Translations under genes and position numbers: made by a program
Assembly (NCBI GenBank): GCA_038831915.1
Contig: JAWBKB010000007.1
Span: 1-64,000, forward strand
Length of the DNA stretch: 64,000 nucleotides
Reading direction: 5' to 3'
Origin: Candidatus Caldarchaeum sp.
GTDB taxonomy: Archaea > Thermoproteota > Nitrososphaeria_A > Caldarchaeales > Caldarchaeaceae
In this document: one piece after another, positions 19,079 to 29,536 of the stretch
Layout: every line of letters begins with the position of its first letter
Position numbering within the stretch: the stretch's first letter is position 1
Notes under the pieces: model-generated
The model's database searches: none
What the model was told of the DNA's origin: nothing
What the model saw: the letters and a program-made list of their open reading frames with translations, nothing else

Positions 19079-21284
19079 CGGCAAGCTTCACGGGCAAATA
19101 CCTGCTGACGTGGTAGATGGCGTATCCTTTCGCTCCCGAAACTGAGGCGAATTCATTGATTTCCACTTGGAGATGTATTGCGGGGCTCATCCAGCCTTCA
19201 GCAATATCCATTACATGCACCGAAAAGAGAATTTTCGCCTTCCCCTCAGGATGTTGAGCAAGCCTCATGAGATGGGCTTTGTATTCCTGTATCGTGTAGT
19301 TGCCTTGCAACGGATGTTTAATCGATTTTATGAACGGGTTGGTTGAAACAACCACGTAGTCCGCGTGAGTCAACATTGATGTCTCTATTTTTGGAAAGTT
19401 TTTCAGCTCCAACGCGTCTATTTCTACAAAAATTTCCAACCTCTTTCCTGCCGTGGTTTTCCGCAACGCTGAAATAAGCTCCGCAGTTCCGGCGGCCAAA
19501 TCTTCTCCATCGCTCCAATCCACACCCATCACGTAAATTCCATCAAACCCGAGCAATAACGCAGATTCGACAGCTTTCTCAGCGAAGACGTCCGCGAGAG
19601 ACCGATTTTCCCCAGTCATGCAGCTAAAATAGATGTTTCCATGTATGTCGACGCAGTCGGAGTAATTTTCGATGAATTTGGTCGAATTGTATCCGTGTAT
19701 TCCGTAATGAACTGAGACGTAGAATGTTTTTAGGTAAAGCCCGAGCAGTGGTTTGATGCGGATGCTTCGTAAATGAGAGGTGACGGCCCGAATGTCGGCG
19801 GCGGTCCATTCCTCATTTGTGAGCTTGAACCTGAAAAATTTTCCATAATCTCCGCCATACATGACGGCCTCGGGCCCGACAGGCAGAACGAGATGCGTCA
19901 AGTCAACTTTTTCGAGAAAAGCTGACTGCCAACCAACAGTTGGTTTGTCGAATAATGCTTCAACCCCCTCTGTGACGCCCACACGTATTTCGGCTTTCGG
20001 CAAAACCACTCCTTTCCCAACGGGAAAGACGCTGATAACAACGACAAAAACTGTGAAAAGCATAATTAACGCGATTCTCGACACCGTCCATACCTGTTTG
20101 CCAATTTTCAATAGATTAATCAACAGAGCTAAAAAGGCCGCGCCGCCGACCAGAGCTGAAAGAACAAGAAACACACCACCCCATGTAACCGTCTCAATTT
20201 CCCGCGAAACAACAATCCGCCCAATGTTACGGAGGTCAAAAATCGCTAACACAGCTTGGGCCGCGGTGATGAAGACCAGACCGGCTACTACGAGCAGAAT
20301 GCTATAGGACTTGAATTCTTTCACATTCGTTCGAAGCCCGTGAATCAACAGAAACGGCAGAACCCACAACACGTACTGGACGTTGACCTTAGACGATGTC
20401 GCGAGAAAAGCAAGTAGAGTGAGCAAAGAGAGGTCGAATAGAATGCTCGAAGACTGTTGCTTCATCTGTTTCTGATATCCGACGTACAACACGGCGGCGA
20501 ATAACCCGTAAGACACAACGGGGATTAAGGGAGTGGGAGCTATGAAGGCCAGCGCCATCCAATAAGTGAACTGTCCAATGTTTGAGAAATGGTACAACAG
20601 TTTTTCGATAAGCGGGACAGGGTTAGGTAGATAGGGCGCGGCGGGAATAACAACCCCGGCAGCTCCCATCGCAAATGTTTTCAATATGTTTGAGAAAGGT
20701 TGCTGCCTCTGGAACTTCATGTAAAGAAGCAAAGGTAGCATCAAAAGTACGGGGTAGATTTTGACCGCGGCACCTATGCCGAGGAGAAACGCAGCCAACC
20801 CGTAACGGCTTCTCAAACCAAAGAGCAGACCAGCGAGTGAAAAGGCAACAGCTATCGTGTCAAACATTCCCCAAACAGCAGAAATCAAAATAACCAACGG
20901 GTTGAAGAGCCAAAGAAGAGAAGCTTTCCCCCTGATATGCAGCAAATTCATTTCAGCCGCGATTTTCGTGATGAGAACGGCCACGACAAGGTCTGCGATC
21001 AGCACGGGAAGCTTGATCATCAAAATGTAGAGGTTCAAGTTGTTGAACTGGCTCGACAGGGAGTTCGCGAACCCGAGCCAGTAAAGCCACAACGGTGGAT
21101 AAGTGTAAAACCCCCATGGGAAATCGGTGAGGCTTTTTACTGTGTAGACGTCGGTTCCTTTCGTGAACATTTCTCCGCTACGAATCCAGACGTAGATGTC
21201 CCATGAATGGCCGAAAAACGGCGCCAGAGCAAGCCTGACAAGAAAGGCCGCTCCTAACGTGGCCGCCGTCTTCCAATAATGCAT
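19071..21284 (-). CDS. GT-C fold polytopic glycosyltransferase (GT87/PIG-M-like) fused to extracytoplasmic domain
   Basis: HSWD, YTYPP, FNPLVILISAVWGMFD, AVKIYP, VQYVLW; ~300-aa soluble C-terminus with GFDGIY. Confidence 0.75.
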   Translation of the reverse strand: MHYWKTAATLGAAFLVRLALAPFFGHSWDIYVWIRSGEMFTKGTDVYTVKSLTDFPWGFYTYPPLWLYWLGFANSLSSQFNNLNLYILMIKLPVLIADLVVAVLITKIAAEMNLLHIRGKASLLWLFNPLVILISAVWGMFDTIAVAFSLAGLLFGLRSRYGLAAFLLGIGAAVKIYPVLLMLPLLLYMKFQRQQPFSNILKTFAMGAAGVVIPAAPYLPNPVPLIEKLLYHFSNIGQFTYWMALAFIAPTPLIPVVSYGLFAAVLYVGYQKQMKQQSSSILFDLSLLTLLAFLATSSKVNVQYVLWVLPFLLIHGLRTNVKEFKSYSILLVVAGLVFITAAQAVLAIFDLRNIGRIVVSREIETVTWGGVFLVLSALVGGAAFLALLINLLKIGKQVWTVSRIALIMLFTVFVVVISVFPVGKGVVLPKAEIRVGVTEGVEALFDKPTVGWQSAFLEKVDLTHLVLPVGPEAVMYGGDYGKFFRFKLTNEEWTAADIRAVTSHLRSIRIKPLLGLYLKTFYVSVHYGIHGYNSTKFIENYSDCVDIHGNIYFSCMTGENRSLADVFAEKAVESALLLGFDGIYVMGVDWSDGEDLAAGTAELISALRKTTAGKRLEIFVEIDALELKNFPKIETSMLTHADYVVVSTNPFIKSIKHPLQGNYTIQEYKAHLMRLAQHPEGKAKILFSVHVMDIAEGWMSPAIHLQVEINEFASVSGAKGYAIYHVSRYLPVKLAVN

Positions 21285-21342
21285 CCCAAACCCATCAATG
21301 TAAAACTCTATTTAAACGATTGTACACGCGTTTCATAGCGGA

Positions 21343-22218
21343 ATGAGTGAGTTGGATTTTCTCCTGCGTAGCTGGGTTACGTTTTTCGGTTGCGAGACAC
21401 CGTCGGAGAATGCGGAGTTCTTCGTTTTTGGCGTTCCCTACGATTTGACAAGTAGTTTTCGAGCCGGCTCCTCTCAAGGACCCGAGGCTGTGCGAAAGTT
21501 CAGCGCCAATATAGAGGCAAACTCGTACAGGAAATTTTTTGACGCTGCGAAAGCCGCGGTGTATGATGGCGGAGACATTGTAGTCGACATTGACATTCAG
21601 GTTATGTTGAAACGAGTCGCCCAACTTGTTGCATACGTAGGACGGCTGAACAAAATCCCTGTAATGCTTGGCGGTGAACACACCTTCACATACGCAGCGG
21701 TCAAAACGCTTGCAGACAAAATTTCATCACTAATAGTTTTTGACGCCCATTTCGACTTACGCGACGAATACCTCGGAAGCAAGTTTAGCCACGCCTGTTA
21801 TCTCAGACGTTTGGTGGAGGAATTTCCGACGCTTCCCGTGGCTGTCGTCGGTGTAAGGGGATATGATTTGGCAGAAATTCTATTCGCTGAACAAAACAAG
21901 GTCAAATACGTCAAGGCTTCGGAGCTGCATGATTTTTCGCGTGTCCTCCGGATTCTATCAGATGTAATCGACGGTGGAAGGCCGTATGTTTCGGTTGACA
22001 TCGACGTGTTTGACCCGGCATACGCTCCAGGCGTCGGCAACCCAGAGCCTGAAGGAGCCGACCCCTCAACGGTGTTCGACCTTCTTCATTTCGTCGGACG
22101 GCGTCGACCAGTTATGTTCGATGTTATGGAAGTAAACCCTATGTTTGACAGCGGAGTCACCGCGGCTTTAGCAGCGAAAGTAGTCATGGAGTTGATTGCT
22201 TCATACCCAGAAAGATAA
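21343..22218 (+). CDS. speB: Agmatinase (ureohydrolase family)
   Basis: GGEH, DAHFD, DIDVFDP, PGVGNPEP, EVNP. Confidence 0.92.
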   Translation: MSELDFLLRSWVTFFGCETPSENAEFFVFGVPYDLTSSFRAGSSQGPEAVRKFSANIEANSYRKFFDAAKAAVYDGGDIVVDIDIQVMLKRVAQLVAYVGRLNKIPVMLGGEHTFTYAAVKTLADKISSLIVFDAHFDLRDEYLGSKFSHACYLRRLVEEFPTLPVAVVGVRGYDLAEILFAEQNKVKYVKASELHDFSRVLRILSDVIDGGRPYVSVDIDVFDPAYAPGVGNPEPEGADPSTVFDLLHFVGRRRPVMFDVMEVNPMFDSGVTAALAAKVVMELIASYPER

Positions 22219-22249
22219 ATAGGATGGATAACATCGAGTTGATGGGTTT

Positions 22250-24724
22250 ATGGCGAAACGCTATTTTCTACTGGGTGTTGGATACGATGGTCAGGAGCGG
22301 AAAGCCTTCCTCAAACTTTTGGACACCGAAACAGGAACTGTCAGAATAGTTTTTGACGAAACAGAGCACAGGCCCTACTGCATAACAAACGTCCCCGTTC
22401 CCGATCTGGAAAAAAACACAGCCCTCAAAGAAGCGGGTGCCGTCGAGTTTTTGGAAGTTGAAAAATACGACAGCCTGTATGACAGGGTTGCGAAAATGAC
22501 TTTGATAAAGGCTTCAGACCCTCTGGCTGTCGGCGGTGGAAAAAAATCAATTCGCGAAATCGTGCCGAGCTGGGAAGCTGACATACCATATCATCTCAAT
22601 TACATCTACGACATGCAGCTCATTCCAAGCATGGTTTATGAAGCAGCAAACGGGAAACTAAACCCTGTGTACGGCGACGAAGCCGTCGTCAACAACATAC
22701 TAAAAAAATTCTTTTCAAGTAAAAAGCCTGAAGAGATTGTAGAAATCAAAAAATGGCTGAAAATACTCGAATCGGAGCATCCGCCGATTGATTTCACGGG
22801 ATTGGACATCGAAATTCTCGGCGATTCGCCGATGCGTGTTCCTTCCCCAAGCAATCCCGTCGACCGTGTGGTAGCTGTTTCTTTCTCCGGCACAAATAAC
22901 TTGAGCAAAGTTCTGGTGCTTAAACGCGATGGAGTTGACCACAATTTCAAAGGCGGAGAATACGCGATTGAAGTTTTTGACGATGAAGTTTCGCTGCTTA
23001 GGAGATGTTTCGACATTGTTGAAAGCTACTCTGTCGTCGTTACTTTCAACGGCGATGAATTCGACCTACCATATTTAAGAAATAGAGCTGAAAAGCTCGG
23101 TATTCCCAAACCCAACATTCCCATCACGCTCGGCAGAGATGGTGCTTCTCTGCGACGTGGAATACATCTCGACCTCTACAGGTTTTTCAACAACAAATCC
23201 GTGCAAGTCTATGCTTTCGACAACCGATATCGTGAACACACTCTTGACGGAATCGCGAAAGCATTACTGGGTGTTGGCAAGGTCGCCGTCGAAAAACCAC
23301 TGAGCGAAATGACTGTTCAAGAGCTCGCGGACTATAGCTACCGCGATTCGAGACTTCTAAGAGACATGATGGAGGCTAACGACAGGCTTCTTTTCCGCCT
23401 CATGGCCGTCATTTCACGCATTAGCAGGATGCCGATAGAAGATGTCTGCAGACACGGCGTCAGCGGATGGATAAAGAACTTGATGTACTGGGAGCTGAGG
23501 AGCCGTAATTGGCTGATTCCCAAAAAAGAAGATTTGGTATCGCTGAAAGGTACAACTGCGACGAAAGCGATCATCGAAGGTAAGAAATACCGAGGTGCGT
23601 TGGTCGTCGAACCAGTCCCCGGGGTTCATTTCAACGTGACGGTTCTCGACTTCGCTTCCCTGTATCCAAGCATTCTGAAGGAATACAACCTGAGCTTTGA
23701 AACAATCAATTGCATGCATCCTGAATGTCGGTCCAACTCGATTCCGGAAACACCGCACTGGGTCTGCTCGAAGAAAAGAGGCCTCCAAAGTGAGCTTATT
23801 GGAATCATTCGGGATATTAGGGTGCGTTGGTATAAGCCGATGGCCTCTGACAAATCGATGAACCCTGCACAACGGAGCTGGTATGAAGTTGTACAGCGTG
23901 CGTTGAAAGTTTTCCTCAACGCCAGCTACGGGGTGCTTGGTTTCGAGGAATTTCCTCTTTACTGCCCACCTTTAGCGGAAAGCACGACAGCCCTCGGCCG
24001 CTATGTTTTTTCGTCCGCGGTTGAAAAAGCAAAATCACTCGGCATAACCGTCGTATACGGCGACACAGACTCCATCTTTCTCAAAGCAGACAACCCCGAA
24101 CAAGTCAACGAAATCATACGATGGGCTTCTGAAAAATTCCGACTCGACCTCGAATTCGACAAAGTCTACAGATACGTTGTTTTCAGTAGGAGGAAGAAAA
24201 ACTATCTCGGCGTAACCGAACGTGGAATTGTAGACGTAAAAGGTCTTACTGGAAAGAAGCGGAACATCCCGGTCTTCATCAAGGAAGCGTTCGACGACAT
24301 GTTAAAGCAGCTTTCCGAGGTCAAGTCGGAGCAGGAGCTGGAAAAAGTCAAGACAAACATTCGTCAGGTAATTGCGACGTGGTATTCGCGGCTGAAAAAC
24401 CGCACTTTTGAAATTGACCAGCTTGCTTTCCGCGTAATGATGTCGAAGACCATCGAAAGGTATGAGAAAACAACGCCTCAGCACGTGAAGGCTGCGAAAA
24501 AGCTTCAGGCCCTCGGGGTTAAAGTAGGGCCCGGTGACATAATCAGCTACGTCAAGACAAAAGACAAAGAAGGTGTTACGCCACTTCAGCTCGCCCGTAA
24601 GGAGGCGGTAGACGTGGACAAATACATCGAATACATGCGTTCGACGTTTGAGCAGGTTCTCGACCCGTTAGAGATTGATTTCGACAGCGTCGTGGGGCTT
24701 ACGAGTCTGGAAAGCTTCATGTAG
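22250..24724 (+). CDS. polB1: Family B DNA polymerase (PolB1 type)
   Basis: ExoI DIE, FNGDEFDLPY, DFASLYPS, KVFLNASYG, YGDTDS, KKNY. Confidence 0.94.
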   Translation: MAKRYFLLGVGYDGQERKAFLKLLDTETGTVRIVFDETEHRPYCITNVPVPDLEKNTALKEAGAVEFLEVEKYDSLYDRVAKMTLIKASDPLAVGGGKKSIREIVPSWEADIPYHLNYIYDMQLIPSMVYEAANGKLNPVYGDEAVVNNILKKFFSSKKPEEIVEIKKWLKILESEHPPIDFTGLDIEILGDSPMRVPSPSNPVDRVVAVSFSGTNNLSKVLVLKRDGVDHNFKGGEYAIEVFDDEVSLLRRCFDIVESYSVVVTFNGDEFDLPYLRNRAEKLGIPKPNIPITLGRDGASLRRGIHLDLYRFFNNKSVQVYAFDNRYREHTLDGIAKALLGVGKVAVEKPLSEMTVQELADYSYRDSRLLRDMMEANDRLLFRLMAVISRISRMPIEDVCRHGVSGWIKNLMYWELRSRNWLIPKKEDLVSLKGTTATKAIIEGKKYRGALVVEPVPGVHFNVTVLDFASLYPSILKEYNLSFETINCMHPECRSNSIPETPHWVCSKKRGLQSELIGIIRDIRVRWYKPMASDKSMNPAQRSWYEVVQRALKVFLNASYGVLGFEEFPLYCPPLAESTTALGRYVFSSAVEKAKSLGITVVYGDTDSIFLKADNPEQVNEIIRWASEKFRLDLEFDKVYRYVVFSRRKKNYLGVTERGIVDVKGLTGKKRNIPVFIKEAFDDMLKQLSEVKSEQELEKVKTNIRQVIATWYSRLKNRTFEIDQLAFRVMMSKTIERYEKTTPQHVKAAKKLQALGVKVGPGDIISYVKTKDKEGVTPLQLARKEAVDVDKYIEYMRSTFEQVLDPLEIDFDSVVGLTSLESFM

Positions 24725-24727
24725 TTT

Positions 24728-25951
24728 TTAGCGATCGGCTTCGACGGGCCAGTAGTTCAGCGACCAGTATATCGGCGGAATGTTTGCAATCTGTTCTCCG
24801 CGGAGCAGGTATTTCATTGAGGCGAGCTGGCGGAAAGACGGTGGGCTGATTTTCACCCTGTATGGTTTGTCCCCTCCCTCGCTTCTGATGTAGTACATCA
24901 TTTCGCCTCGAGCTGCTTCGGTTCGCGCGACGGCTTCGCCTGCTGGAACACGGATGTTGATGGGATGCTGCTTCAGCTTGACGGGCCCGTCGGGCATCAT
25001 TTCCACGGCCTGAGAGATGATTTTACAGCTTTCCCGCATTTCCTTGAACCCGACAATCGCTCGGTCGTAGCAGTCTCCCTTGGTACCGGTTGGGATGTCG
25101 AATTTAAGCTGTGGGTAGGCGTCGTAGGGGTTGTTAACCCTGTTGTCATATTTTATGCCAGAAGCCCTCAGCGTTGTCCCGACCGCGCCCAGCCTTACCG
25201 CGTCAGACGCTGAAAGAACACCCACGTTCTTTGTTCTCGAGATGAACAGCTCGTTGTTGAAGAACAAATCCCAGTAATCGTCAAGCCTCTGACTGAAGAA
25301 TTCAGCAACGTATCCGACGTATTTTCGAAAATCTGAAGCGTCGGCGGGAAGCTCTTTACCGGTTATCATCCGGTAGTAACGGGAAAATTCGTTGACTAGT
25401 TCGGGTGGTGTTCGCTGTGGTGCGTCGTTTCGAACACCGCCTGGTACAAAATAGCTGTGAGTTATTCGTTGACCGCCTATCAGCGATGTCAGGTCGACCA
25501 GGTATTCACGGTCTCCGAAGCACCAGAGAAACATCGTGGAGTTTCCGAGGAAAACACCGTACAGCGCGAACCAATATAGATGGCTGGCGATGCGTTGAAG
25601 CTCCGCCATGATTATCCGTAGGTATTTTGCTCTTTCAGGCGGCTCGACGTTCATGAGCTTTTCAACAGCCAGCACATACGCGTACTGGATGCCGGCTGAA
25701 TCGAGGATGACGGGTCTTTCGAGATGAGGGATGTTTGTTATCCATGTTTTGTATTCGGCGAGCTTTTCTTCGCCTCGGTGAACAAATCCCGGGTCTGGGT
25801 CTGCTTCGAGAACGGTGTCTCCCAAAACCGTGACAACAAGGCGGAAATGACCGGTGCCTGGATGCTGAGGCCCGTAGCTGATTTTTAGAGCGCCTTCGCC
25901 GACATCGAAAACTTCCATCTTTCTCAAATCCTTCCGTTCAGTAATCGTCAT
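24728..25951 (-). CDS. nuoD: NADH-quinone oxidoreductase subunit D
   Basis: GPQHP, GFVHRGEEK, AELQRIASH, GDCYDR, EAARGE, C-terminal EADR. Confidence 0.93.
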   Translation of the reverse strand: MTITERKDLRKMEVFDVGEGALKISYGPQHPGTGHFRLVVTVLGDTVLEADPDPGFVHRGEEKLAEYKTWITNIPHLERPVILDSAGIQYAYVLAVEKLMNVEPPERAKYLRIIMAELQRIASHLYWFALYGVFLGNSTMFLWCFGDREYLVDLTSLIGGQRITHSYFVPGGVRNDAPQRTPPELVNEFSRYYRMITGKELPADASDFRKYVGYVAEFFSQRLDDYWDLFFNNELFISRTKNVGVLSASDAVRLGAVGTTLRASGIKYDNRVNNPYDAYPQLKFDIPTGTKGDCYDRAIVGFKEMRESCKIISQAVEMMPDGPVKLKQHPINIRVPAGEAVARTEAARGEMMYYIRSEGGDKPYRVKISPPSFRQLASMKYLLRGEQIANIPPIYWSLNYWPVEADR

Positions 25952-25957
25952 CTATAA

Positions 25958-26455
25958 TCACCTTCCAGGAGCTTCATAGTCTTTCAGCATGGGAGGTATG
26001 TCGTTCCAGTATTCTGGGAGAAGAAGCCGCCGCAAATCCGGATGGCCTTCGAAAACGACGCCGAACATTTCATAAACCTCCCTTTCATGGTATTCGGCGC
26101 TCGGCCAAACATCCGTGAGCGTAGGCATCTTGGGATTCTTTTTCTCGAGTTTTACCGACAGACCTACATCCGCTCGGTGCAGGTCGGTGTTCACATACGA
26201 CCCGATGTGATAAATGACCTCGATTTTATCCTCTTTTTTGAGAAGCCTGCTCAAATCAACTCCCGTAACCGCTTTAACATGGTCGAAGCCCAAGTTATCG
26301 CGCAAATACAGGGCAACGCCTTTGACTGATTCTTTGTCAACAACTATTTTCACCATCTTTTTCTCGTCGACGATTTTTTCCATAATGCTTTTGCCGAACT
26401 TGCCTTCCAGAGTTTCGATTATAGTTGCGGTTGTCATATCGCGGTCTTCCCCCAC
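25958..26455 (-). CDS. nuoC: NADH-quinone oxidoreductase subunit C
   Basis: EREVYEMFGVVFEGHPDLRRLLLP; likely start ATG 26437. Confidence 0.93.
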   Translation of the reverse strand: MGEDRDMTTATIIETLEGKFGKSIMEKIVDEKKMVKIVVDKESVKGVALYLRDNLGFDHVKAVTGVDLSRLLKKEDKIEVIYHIGSYVNTDLHRADVGLSVKLEKKNPKMPTLTDVWPSAEYHEREVYEMFGVVFEGHPDLRRLLLPEYWNDIPPMLKDYEAPGR

Positions 26456-27093
26456 AGAATTTTTTCTCTTAAAAGCAGAATGCCTTGGAATAGGGTTTCA
26501 GGTCGTGGAGGACAACCCGGCACGTAAACATCAACGGGAAGAATGTCGTCAACCCCTTGAATCACGTTGTATGAATCTTTTGCATAAAGTCCTCCGCTAA
26601 TAGCACACGCACCCATCGCAATAACCCATTTCGGCTCAGGCATTTGGTCGTAAACGAGCCGCAGCCTCATCGCCATCTTCGACGTAACCGTTCCTTCTAC
26701 AACGATGACGTCTGATTGGCGTAGACTGCCAGTTGCCGGTAGCCATCCAAACCTTTCAGGGTCATAGCGAGGAGCATGGGTGGCGGCAAATTCGACTGAG
26801 CAGCATGCTGTGGTGATGTGTGCGGGGAAAAGCGAAGCCATTCTTCCCCAGTTAAGCAAATACCTGATAAGCCTGAAGTTCTTCAACCGGTAAATGAAAT
26901 ATTCAGGACCTTGAGGTGTTTCCCTTTTGTGAACTCTCTCCACCCCGTATTTTGCAATAGTTTCATCAACTTTGCGCGGCGCAACTTCGGATTCTTCAAT
27001 CATCGAAACGATGTTTTTGGAATCCGCGAATCTGTATCCGAAAACGCCTGTTTTGAAATGACCTGGGAACGGCATCTTCACCGGCTTAAACAT
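26434..27093 (-). CDS. nuoB: NADH-quinone oxidoreductase subunit B
   Basis: ACCSVE, MGACAISGG, VYVPGCPPRPE. Confidence 0.95.
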   Translation of the reverse strand: MFKPVKMPFPGHFKTGVFGYRFADSKNIVSMIEESEVAPRKVDETIAKYGVERVHKRETPQGPEYFIYRLKNFRLIRYLLNWGRMASLFPAHITTACCSVEFAATHAPRYDPERFGWLPATGSLRQSDVIVVEGTVTSKMAMRLRLVYDQMPEPKWVIAMGACAISGGLYAKDSYNVIQGVDDILPVDVYVPGCPPRPETLFQGILLLREKILWGKTAI

Positions 27094-27133
27094 GGCTTGA
27101 ATCAGTTGTAGGGCAACCGCTTATTATAGCTTG

Positions 27134-27805
27134 CTAACCATAAAACATCCATTCAGGGGTTCGTTTCCGAAACGGCAGCGACGCCAGCACTCCAGCGATG
27201 AAGCCACCTACGTGAGCGGTGTAAGCTATGGTGCTGAAAGGAGTAGTCAACATGAAAAACGTCTGAATCAAGATAAATGCGATGATGACCACAAAAGCGG
27301 GTGCGATAACTGGAATAAAGTAAAGGAACGCAGCAAGCCTTCTACGTGGAAAGAACACAAGATAGCTCCCCATTATTCCGAAAATCGCACCGGAAGCGCC
27401 GATGGATGGAATCAAGCAAGCCACGGGTATGGGCCTAACCAACGGTGAGCAATTAACTGAGAGAAATATTACGAAGTAGAAGACATGGAATATTGCGGCC
27501 AAAATTCCGCTGAAAAGGTAGACCGCGATGAATTTTTTCGCGCCGAGATATTCCTCGACATCACGGCCGAATAGAAACAATGCGAGCATGTTGAGGAGGA
27601 TGTGCAGAAAGTCGACATGCACAAACATGTAGCTTAGCAGGCTTAACAGGTTTTGGCCGTTGACGATGAAGATGGGCACTACACCGAAGGTTAGAAGAAA
27701 AGACGACAAAGCAGCCTGAGTTCTAAGCGTCAAGTTGATGAAAAGCCAAATCACAACGTTTACGATGATGAGGCCGTAAACAATCTTCGGCCGGTATTCA
27801 TACAT
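27134..27805 (-). CDS. Rhomboid intramembrane serine protease
   Basis: H.LLNM, GASG, AHVGG motifs. Confidence 0.92.
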   Translation of the reverse strand: MYEYRPKIVYGLIIVNVVIWLFINLTLRTQAALSSFLLTFGVVPIFIVNGQNLLSLLSYMFVHVDFLHILLNMLALFLFGRDVEEYLGAKKFIAVYLFSGILAAIFHVFYFVIFLSVNCSPLVRPIPVACLIPSIGASGAIFGIMGSYLVFFPRRRLAAFLYFIPVIAPAFVVIIAFILIQTFFMLTTPFSTIAYTAHVGGFIAGVLASLPFRKRTPEWMFYG

Positions 27806-27836
27806 CGAGGTCTACTGATGTAGGTTTCTCATAAAG

Positions 27837-28193
27837 TTAGAGTAACGGCAGGCTTCCTGTTACGCGGTCGATTTCTTCTTCCGGGGCAGGCCCGATTCCG
27901 AGAGCGGTAGCGGTTCCGGGAGGCAGTTCTGTCAGCCCTGCGTCTTCGACTATTTCCCATGGAAGACCGAGCTTTTCACACATTGCCGCCAGCCTGCGAA
28001 GCTCATCTTCGGACCCGACTTTTACCACGACTTTCTTCTGCCCCGAGTCAAACCAATCCCTCACCCATTCACTCCGCAATTTCCGAGCACGTTCAAGAGC
28101 AAGAACAGCGGCGTGGCTCGCCTGAGCCGCGGTCTTTCCCACGCTCATCCGCAAATCCGCCCGAATCACTATCACCTGTTTAAATCGCCGCAT
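27837..28193 (-). CDS. pth2: Peptidyl-tRNA hydrolase Pth2
   Basis: KQVIVIRADL.MS.GK.AAQ.SHA, DAGLTE. Confidence 0.95.
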   Translation of the reverse strand: MRRFKQVIVIRADLRMSVGKTAAQASHAAVLALERARKLRSEWVRDWFDSGQKKVVVKVGSEDELRRLAAMCEKLGLPWEIVEDAGLTELPPGTATALGIGPAPEEEIDRVTGSLPLL

Positions 28194-28210
28194 CGCGGAA
28201 AACCACAGGA

Positions 28211-29017
28211 ATGGAAGTAAAAAACATGAAAAATTTCGTGGTCGCTCTCCTCACCGACTACGGCACAAAAGACACCTACGTCGCCGAAGTCAAAGCAGCG
28301 ATTCTCAAACATTCGACCAATGTTGTGTTCGTCGACATCAGCCACGAAATCCATCCGTACGACATCCTCGAAGGCGCGTTTTTGCTCATGCATGCGGCGA
28401 AAACCTTCCCACCCAACACCATTTTCATAGCAGTCGTCGACCCGACCGTGGGAACCGAAAGAGAAGCGACAGTAATATTCACTAAAACCGGTAAGATTTT
28501 CATCGGACCCGACAACGGACTGATGTTTCCCGCCGCTGAAAAAGAAGAAATCACCGATATATTCAAAATCCTAGTCGAAAAAATCCCTGACGTTTCAGCG
28601 ACTTTTCACGGCAGAGACGTCTTCGCGTTCATCGCGGGCCATATAGTCGCTGGCAAAGATTTCTCCACCTACGTCGAGGCGAAGAAAAAACTCGCCCAGC
28701 TTTCAATTCCAAAACCAAACATCCTCCACAACTCGGCCGAAGCAGTCGTGCTTCACGTCGACAGGTTCGGCAACGCGATCACAAACGTCAAAGGAAGCCT
28801 ACCCCCTGAATGGCGTGAAATCGACGTGATGATTAAAGGAATACACATCAGCCGGGTTAGAAAGGTGAGGACGTATGGTGAGGCTTCGGTGGGTGAGACA
28901 GTTATCGTTGTCGGCGGCACAGGCTACACAGAGTTGGCTATCAATCAAGGCAACGCAGCTCAACGATACGGCATCGCTCCCGGCGACAGAATAGTCTTCC
29001 TCAAAAGTCATCCGTGA
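28211..29017 (+). CDS. SAM hydroxide adenosyltransferase (DUF62, halogenase family)
   Basis: LTDYG, VVDP, GPDNG, TFHGRDVF, DRFGN. Confidence 0.92.
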   Translation: MEVKNMKNFVVALLTDYGTKDTYVAEVKAAILKHSTNVVFVDISHEIHPYDILEGAFLLMHAAKTFPPNTIFIAVVDPTVGTEREATVIFTKTGKIFIGPDNGLMFPAAEKEEITDIFKILVEKIPDVSATFHGRDVFAFIAGHIVAGKDFSTYVEAKKKLAQLSIPKPNILHNSAEAVVLHVDRFGNAITNVKGSLPPEWREIDVMIKGIHISRVRKVRTYGEASVGETVIVVGGTGYTELAINQGNAAQRYGIAPGDRIVFLKSHP

Positions 29018-29516
29018 TGATGGCTGCCAGCCTTTTTTCAGCACCGATTTTTTCGAGGTATTTCACGGCTTCGGGATGTAGCCTGCTCCGCCAGTCGCCG
29101 CCCGTCGAAATCAGCTTCCGTATTTCACGCCCCATCATCTTCTCCCTGTCGAAGAAAGGAACAGACTTCACCGTGTAACCAGCCTCCTCAAACAAAACTT
29201 TCACCAAGCTGTTGTTGCTGTAAACGGTCTGAAACTCAGGGCAGAAAGAAACAACCCTTGAAACCCATAGACGATGTTCTCCGATATCCGGAATGGGGAT
29301 GATGAAAAACCTATCAAGCCCAACTGTGGTTTTTAAAGTCCTGCTGATGATTTCGATTCTTTCACCAGCGGTGAACGGATTCTCGAAAGTGTGGCTATAC
29401 TGAGCGCTTCCAACACCAATTATGACTTCGTCCTCGTTTTGAAGGATATGTTCAACTACTTTTAGATGACCGAGGTGAAAAGGCTGAAACCTTCCAATGA
29501 AAAGCCCTCTTTTCAT
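29001..29516 (-). CDS. nadM: Nicotinamide-nucleotide adenylyltransferase
   Basis: GRFQPFHLGH, ENPFTAGER. Confidence 0.93.
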   Translation of the reverse strand: MKRGLFIGRFQPFHLGHLKVVEHILQNEDEVIIGVGSAQYSHTFENPFTAGERIEIISRTLKTTVGLDRFFIIPIPDIGEHRLWVSRVVSFCPEFQTVYSNNSLVKVLFEEAGYTVKSVPFFDREKMMGREIRKLISTGGDWRSRLHPEAVKYLEKIGAEKRLAAIITDDF

Positions 29517-29536
29517 TCATTCAGCAGGGAAACACC

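Noticed and set aside
27134-27150. Rhomboid C-terminus FYG as an HbYX proteasome-docking motif
   Set aside because: A three-residue motif arises easily by chance; several unrelated ORFs here also have a penultimate Tyr
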